A DNA stretch of 63,698 nucleotides, counting the filler, from Limisphaerales bacterium (GTDB taxonomy: Bacteria; Verrucomicrobiota; Verrucomicrobiia; Limisphaerales; SIBE01): assembly GCA_044225505.1 (NCBI GenBank). It is 4 parts of 4 records of this genome, joined end to end, with 100 filler letters (N's around TTAATTAATTAA, not from the genome) between each part and the next. Parts side by side here need not be neighbours in the genome. Positions count along the whole stretch, not along the records: positions 50,017 to 63,698 come from JBGAIN010000198.1; 3 more parts are not named here. The stretch is one strand, 5' to 3'. A program made the position numbers and the translations under genes. This document shows, one piece after another, positions 58,857 to 63,698 of the stretch. Position 1 is the first letter of the stretch. Every line of letters begins with the position of its first letter. Below the pieces are notes generated by a model that saw only the letters and a program-made list of their open reading frames with translations, was not told the origin of the DNA and made no database searches.

Positions 58857-61076
58857 ATGATCTGGGCATTCTGGTCTCTGGTTGCTTTGACAGTCACGGT
58901 TTCGGCGAGCGGTGTTCCGATTTCGGAACAAGACCGTTCCGACGGCAGGACTTCCCGCGACGCCGCAGCCGCTGCCGCATCCCTATCGCCATCGGACGTT
59001 CGCATCTCCGATCGAGACTGGCCAGTCTACCTGGGCGATCGGTCCAGCTCCCATTTCTCCGACTTAACCCAGATCGGAAAGAGCAATGTTGGCCAGCTTA
59101 AGGTCGCTTGGAGTTACTTTTCCGGCGATGCCCGGAAAGATCATCGTTCGCAGATTCAGTGCAATCCTTTGATCATTGACGGGATTCTCTACGGTTCATC
59201 CGCGCAGCTGAAAGTCTTCGCCTTGGACGCGGCCTCCGGTCGCGAATTGTGGCAGTTCGACCCTTTCACAGGAGCGCGGGACAGCAGTTCGCTGGGAGTC
59301 AACCGGGGATTGGTTTATTGGACCGACGGCTCAGATCGGCGCATCCTCTTTACCGCCGGCGAATTTCTTTATGCCATCGATGCGCGATCCGGCACGCTCC
59401 TGCGCGGGTTTGGCGTGGAAGGTCGGGTCGATATTCGGGAAGGGTTGGGGCGCAATCCCAAGCGGTTGTTCGTGCTGGCCAACACGCCTGGCGTTGTCGT
59501 CCGCGACCGTTTGATTCTAGGCTCGCGCGTTTCCGAAGGTCCGGGCCCGTCGGCCCCCGGCGACATCCGCGCCTACGACGTTCGGACGGGCAAATTGCTC
59601 TGGAACTTCCATTCGATCCCACATCCTGGCGAACCAGGCTACGAGACATGGCCGCCCGACGCCTGGAAGTACATCGGCGGAGCCAACTGTTGGACTGGCA
59701 TGGCCGCCGACGAAGCACGTGGCCTGGTGTTCTGTCCGACGGGATCAGCGGCTTTTGATTTCTGGGGTGGAAACCGCATCGGCCAGAACCTTTACGCGAA
59801 TTGTCTTTTGGCTTTGGACGTCATGACCGGGCGGCGAGTTTGGCACTATCAATTTGTCCATCACGACCTATGGGATCGAGATCTGCCCGCGCCGCCCAAT
59901 CTCCTCACCGTTCGTCGGGAAGGCCGCCAGATCGACGCGGTTGCGCAGGTCACCAAGTCGGGTCATGTGTTTCTTTTCAATCGTGAAACCGGGGAACCCC
60001 TGTTCCCGATCCAAGAGAAGCCCGTTCCGCCTTCCGATCTCCAGGGAGAATCCGCTTGGGCCACGCAGCCGCTGCCCGTCAAGCCAGCACCCTTTGCGCG
60101 CCAACTCTTCACCGCCGATCAGATTACCGATATTTCCATGGAATCTTATCAGAGCGTCCTGCCTCAGTTCGTCAAGACGCGACCCCATATCCCGTTTGGC
60201 CCACCCAGTCGCGAAGGGACAGTTATCTTCCCTGGCTTTGACGGCGGTGGGGAGTGGGGCGGAGCTGGGGTTGATCCGCGCCGGGGCGTTCTCTACGTGA
60301 ACGGGAATGAGATGCCCTGGATCCTGACGATGGTTCAAACCCAAGTGCAGTCGAGTCAGCCGGTCTCGAATGGGCAACAGATTTATAGCCAGATTTGCGC
60401 GGCATGTCACGGCGTGACCCGGCAAGGGGATCCTTCCCGGGCCTACCCCACGCTGCTGAATATCGGAAAGAAGATGAAGAAGTCTGAGATTGTGGAACTT
60501 CTGGGCAACGGGCGCGGTAACATGCCTGGATTCACTTTCCTTTCGGAGAGCCAAAGGGAGACCGTCACCGACTTCATCCTGGGCGAAGAATCGGCGGGTG
60601 CCAGTGATGCGGCAGAGATCGGTGATGGCGCGGAGTCCCGCATGATGGAGCCCTACACGCATACTGGCTATAATCGTTGGTTGGATACCAATGGATATCC
60701 AGCGGTTAAACCCCCTTGGGGAACCCTGAATGCCATTGACCTGAACACTGGCGAGTTTCTCTGGCGAACTCCATTGGGCGAGCATCCGGAATTGACCGCG
60801 CGCGGCGTCCCGATCACTGGAACGGAGAACTACGGCGGACCCGTGGTCACGGCGAGCGGGTTGGTCTTCATTGCTGCTGCCAAGGACGAAATGTTCCGCG
60901 GTTTTGACGCGGATACCGGCAAATTACTATGGCAACAGAAATTGCCCGCCGGGGGCTATGCCACGCCCGCCACTTATAGTGTGCGCGGCCGTCAGTTCCT
61001 CGTAATCGCGTGCGGAGGCGGTAAAATGGGAACCAAGAGCGGCGACGGCTATATTGCGTTTGCGCTCCCTGAATAA
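58857..61076 (+). CDS. PQQ-dependent glucose/quinate-type dehydrogenase with an inserted cytochrome c domain
   Basis: WPVYLG, QCNP, APGDIRAYD, GGANCW, HHDLWDRD, PGFDGGGEWGG, CAACH...MPGF, PPWGTL and GTENYGG. Confidence 0.88.
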   Translation: MIWAFWSLVALTVTVSASGVPISEQDRSDGRTSRDAAAAAASLSPSDVRISDRDWPVYLGDRSSSHFSDLTQIGKSNVGQLKVAWSYFSGDARKDHRSQIQCNPLIIDGILYGSSAQLKVFALDAASGRELWQFDPFTGARDSSSLGVNRGLVYWTDGSDRRILFTAGEFLYAIDARSGTLLRGFGVEGRVDIREGLGRNPKRLFVLANTPGVVVRDRLILGSRVSEGPGPSAPGDIRAYDVRTGKLLWNFHSIPHPGEPGYETWPPDAWKYIGGANCWTGMAADEARGLVFCPTGSAAFDFWGGNRIGQNLYANCLLALDVMTGRRVWHYQFVHHDLWDRDLPAPPNLLTVRREGRQIDAVAQVTKSGHVFLFNRETGEPLFPIQEKPVPPSDLQGESAWATQPLPVKPAPFARQLFTADQITDISMESYQSVLPQFVKTRPHIPFGPPSREGTVIFPGFDGGGEWGGAGVDPRRGVLYVNGNEMPWILTMVQTQVQSSQPVSNGQQIYSQICAACHGVTRQGDPSRAYPTLLNIGKKMKKSEIVELLGNGRGNMPGFTFLSESQRETVTDFILGEESAGASDAAEIGDGAESRMMEPYTHTGYNRWLDTNGYPAVKPPWGTLNAIDLNTGEFLWRTPLGEHPELTARGVPITGTENYGGPVVTASGLVFIAAAKDEMFRGFDADTGKLLWQQKLPAGGYATPATYSVRGRQFLVIACGGGKMGTKSGDGYIAFALPE

Positions 61077-61142
61077 GATCACGAACAGTGGGCCGGGATC
61101 CGTTGCTGCGGCTCCGTATCTGAATTTTGGAGCTGCTATCGA

Positions 61143-61883
61143 TTAAGGCTTGGGGGGAGGTTGGTCGGAAACCTGCCAGGCTTTTACCTTTTCTACCGGG
61201 TGCACCAGCATGATGACGTTGAGGGTAAGATTATCGCGAATCCATAAAACGCAGCCGATTTCCATCGCCAATAGCAGGAGCAAACTGGTTCGCGGGCGCA
61301 CCCACCAGGCAAACCAAAACCCCAACGCCATCATGAGCACGTCACCGCACGAGTTCAGAATGCTATCGCCATCATAACCCAGCGCCATTGTTGTCTGGCG
61401 GTAACGATTAATGATGATCGGCGAGTTCTCGAGGATTTCCCATCCCACCTCGAGCAGGAGCGCCAGGAGGAAGCGAGTTTGAAGCGGACGTCGCCGAAGC
61501 ACCATCCAGAGCATGGCGTAGAAGAGCAGCCCGTGCCCGATATGGGAAAAAGAATACGGGTCTGCAACCCGTTGAGAACATTCACTCGTCCAAATGTTGC
61601 CCTCCCAAAAACCGAAGCGTCCGTCTGGGCCGAGCGCGGATCGGCCCATTTGCCACTCCACGACCCCTGTCATCAGGAGAGATCCGAGAAGCGCGATAGC
61701 GACCCAGCGCCAGTCTCTGGCCGCCGAACCGCGCGAGCGGGTTTGGGCTAGAGCAGGGGATTCCGCGGGGCCGGGCGGCGTCGAGGAGGCTCGGAGGTTG
61801 GTTTGTTTGCTCGAATCGACCGTTCGCGCGCCCGCATCGCGCCCCTCACTTTCGCCTTCGCCACGGAGAAACGTGTCAGACAT
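61143..61883 (-). CDS. DUF2585 (UPF0314) membrane protein
   Basis: MGR, SQRVADPYSFSHIGHG, WEILENSPIIINRYR, YDGDSILNS and IRDNLTLN. Confidence 0.88.
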   Translation of the reverse strand: MSDTFLRGEGESEGRDAGARTVDSSKQTNLRASSTPPGPAESPALAQTRSRGSAARDWRWVAIALLGSLLMTGVVEWQMGRSALGPDGRFGFWEGNIWTSECSQRVADPYSFSHIGHGLLFYAMLWMVLRRRPLQTRFLLALLLEVGWEILENSPIIINRYRQTTMALGYDGDSILNSCGDVLMMALGFWFAWWVRPRTSLLLLLAMEIGCVLWIRDNLTLNVIMLVHPVEKVKAWQVSDQPPPKP

Positions 61884-61888
61884 GCGGG

Positions 61889-62614
61889 TTAGTCGCGCTC
61901 CAAAGTAAAGATCCGTTTCGGCGCGTCACGGCGGAGTTCGACGTGGGAATCGGCGAAGGCAGCGTTAGCGCGACGTTTCTTGCCTTTGGGCCCTTTGACG
62001 CCCCGGTCGGTCGAGGCGCTGCGCTCATTGCCGCCGCTATGCCGGTAGCAGACATTCGCAGTCGGTTCGTCATCTGGATAAAGGCAAGCGTCCCATCCGT
62101 CAGTGTCCGCGAACAACAGGGTCGACGCCGGTTCTAAGACATGGCGCGAACCGACGTCGCGTCGTCCCGCGTTAATATAACAATTCTGCGCATAGGCCAG
62201 GTAACCCCAGAATCCGCCTTCGCGGCTTGCGTTGCCGAGTTTTTCTTCCGCTTGCGCCCGCTGGATGCTGGAAGGGCAGATAAAAACTCCTTTGCCCGAG
62301 ACGTTGGTCTTGCTGCCAAGATACGGCTGGAGCTGGCGATACCAGATCGGAAAATAGGTGCCTGTAAACCCGTCGGCGGGAGGCCAACCGATGGGATATA
62401 CAGCGTTGTCGTCATCATACATAATGGACGCCAACGACAGCTGCCGAAGGTTGCTCTGGCACTTGGCCGATTTTCCTTTGTCCCGAGCGCGCGCCAAAAC
62501 TGGGAGGAGTAGACTAGCCAGAATTGCGATAATGGCGATAACCACCAGCAGTTCAATCAGCGTAAACCCGCCCAGTTCCTTTCGTCTAATCCAGGTTGAA
62601 TTTGCCGCTCTCAT
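61889..62614 (-). CDS. Prepilin-type N-terminal cleavage/methylation protein (PVC H-X9-DG-like family)
   Basis: GFTLIELLVVIAIIAILASLLLP, CQSNLRQL, FICPS and RH...ANAAFADSHVE. Confidence 0.88.
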   Translation of the reverse strand: MRAANSTWIRRKELGGFTLIELLVVIAIIAILASLLLPVLARARDKGKSAKCQSNLRQLSLASIMYDDDNAVYPIGWPPADGFTGTYFPIWYRQLQPYLGSKTNVSGKGVFICPSSIQRAQAEEKLGNASREGGFWGYLAYAQNCYINAGRRDVGSRHVLEPASTLLFADTDGWDACLYPDDEPTANVCYRHSGGNERSASTDRGVKGPKGKKRRANAAFADSHVELRRDAPKRIFTLERD

Positions 62615-63324
62615 ATCTAGCCATGGAGACGCCTAGCTCAAGTGCTTTCAGCGTAGCCAGTCGGGTTCTCTTTGCAATGGGTTTGTGCACTGCCGCCGGC
62701 GCGTTTCCGTCCTCGCAACAACTCACTTAGTTCCCACCGCCGCCACTCTTCCGGCGTTCGGTTCGCTCTTCATTCGCTACTGACCCACCGTGCGGGTGAC
62801 CAGTGGGTTACCTCCGAATGATGGCGGCAGATATGCGATCCCTTTTTGGCGTGGCTGGAACTGGCCAGCCCGCTACCCTGAAATGCCAGTGCCTGCGCGG
62901 CAGCATTCTTAGCGTGCCCGAGATGTTGGCGTTTTGTCCCGAGAGCCGCTGCATGCCTCCCAACATGACTATCTTTCGATCGGTCGTGCCGGACTGCCGT
63001 CCGCAATTTGCGGACGGGACAGGTCCGTCGCCACGCCGGAGCGCCAAGGCGGAAATGTGGTCGCAAGGATGCAGCCGTCGTCGTTGACCCTGACGGCAGG
63101 ATTTTTCGTCGCCAACGTCCTCGGTTTGGGAATTGTTCGTTCCCAAACCGTGCGTCCATTGCCCGACGGTTGCACACTCCGTCAACAAACTGTTGTCAGC
63201 TTGCAGGGGAGGCATAAACGGCGGTGGTAGGCCTGGAAACGGGCCGCATCGCCTTGCGCGCCGCCAAAATCTTTCGCCGCCGCACCTTTCACAATTTTAG
63301 AACAAGATAATCCTCGGTGCCAAG

Positions 63325-63349
63325 GTCTTGGAGTGCGGTGGCAGTCCTC
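63325..63349 (+). repeat. Second (half) copy of the REP-like element
   Basis: GTCTTGGAGTGCGG is shared with 19002-19015. Confidence 0.5.
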
Positions 63350-63698
63350 AACAATGGACAACATATGGACTCTAAAAATTTGAGGACCTGGAAGTGCGGA
63401 AAACAGCTGGTTTTTCGATCGTCCCTTCGTGAATTAGCGGCACAACCTCCTGATCGGCAAAGAGGAGAGCCCGCCGCTGGCCCGGAGCCGCCACCGGACG
63501 AGCCTGGACGAAGAGAACGGGAGGGGGCACATCGGTCGATCAGCCATTGGTTGATTGGACTCCAACTCACTCTGATTCAGGTGCTCACATTGGTCCGTGG
63601 GAACCTTTTGCCACGGCGGGGCGTCCGCCGGCCTAGTGGAACAAACGAACGAGGTGGATCGACAGGGAGTTTGACCCTCTGCTACCGGGCCAAAGGCC

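Noticed and set aside
1..63698. CRISPR array, defence system, prophage, transposase or reverse transcriptase
   Set aside because: I saw no regularly spaced repeats or diagnostic protein motifs.

Overview
The window holds four unrelated contig pieces (about 14-17 kb each) joined by artificial N44-TTAATTAATTAA-N44 linkers at 16569-16668, 33172-33271 and 49917-50016, so synteny must not be read across those joins. Gene content suggests a Verrucomicrobiota genome bin, probably Pedosphaera/Limisphaera-like. This is inferred from a PVC-type CxxCH protein, a TIGR02999-type ECF sigma, a prepilin/H-X9-DG-like protein and TTGGAGTGCGG repeats. Piece 1 has multidomain esterases, araA, amgK-murU, a deletion-riddled ECF sigma/kinase-WD40/beta-helix locus that keeps two matching promoters, a secreted repeat protein and paoABC. 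Piece 2 has recG, ggt, an IMPase, an MFS, a fused MFS/spermidine synthase, a PqaA-family protein and a large internally duplicated secreted protein. Piece 3 has an unusual nitrate-assimilation operon (ABC ATPase, AlgE-type porin, CysJ-like flavoprotein, NirA, DmsB-DmsC fusion, NarB/NasA), a ferritin-like protein, lnt, a propeller histidine kinase and recO. Piece 4 has a DUF3570-ApbE-TlpA-DUF4266-TPR flavinylation cluster, an Ig protein, an MFS, a Tat hydrolase, a PQQ dehydrogenase with inserted cytochrome c, DUF2585 and a prepilin-type protein. I saw no rRNA, tRNA, CRISPR array or transposase. All family calls come from motif recognition, not database searches.
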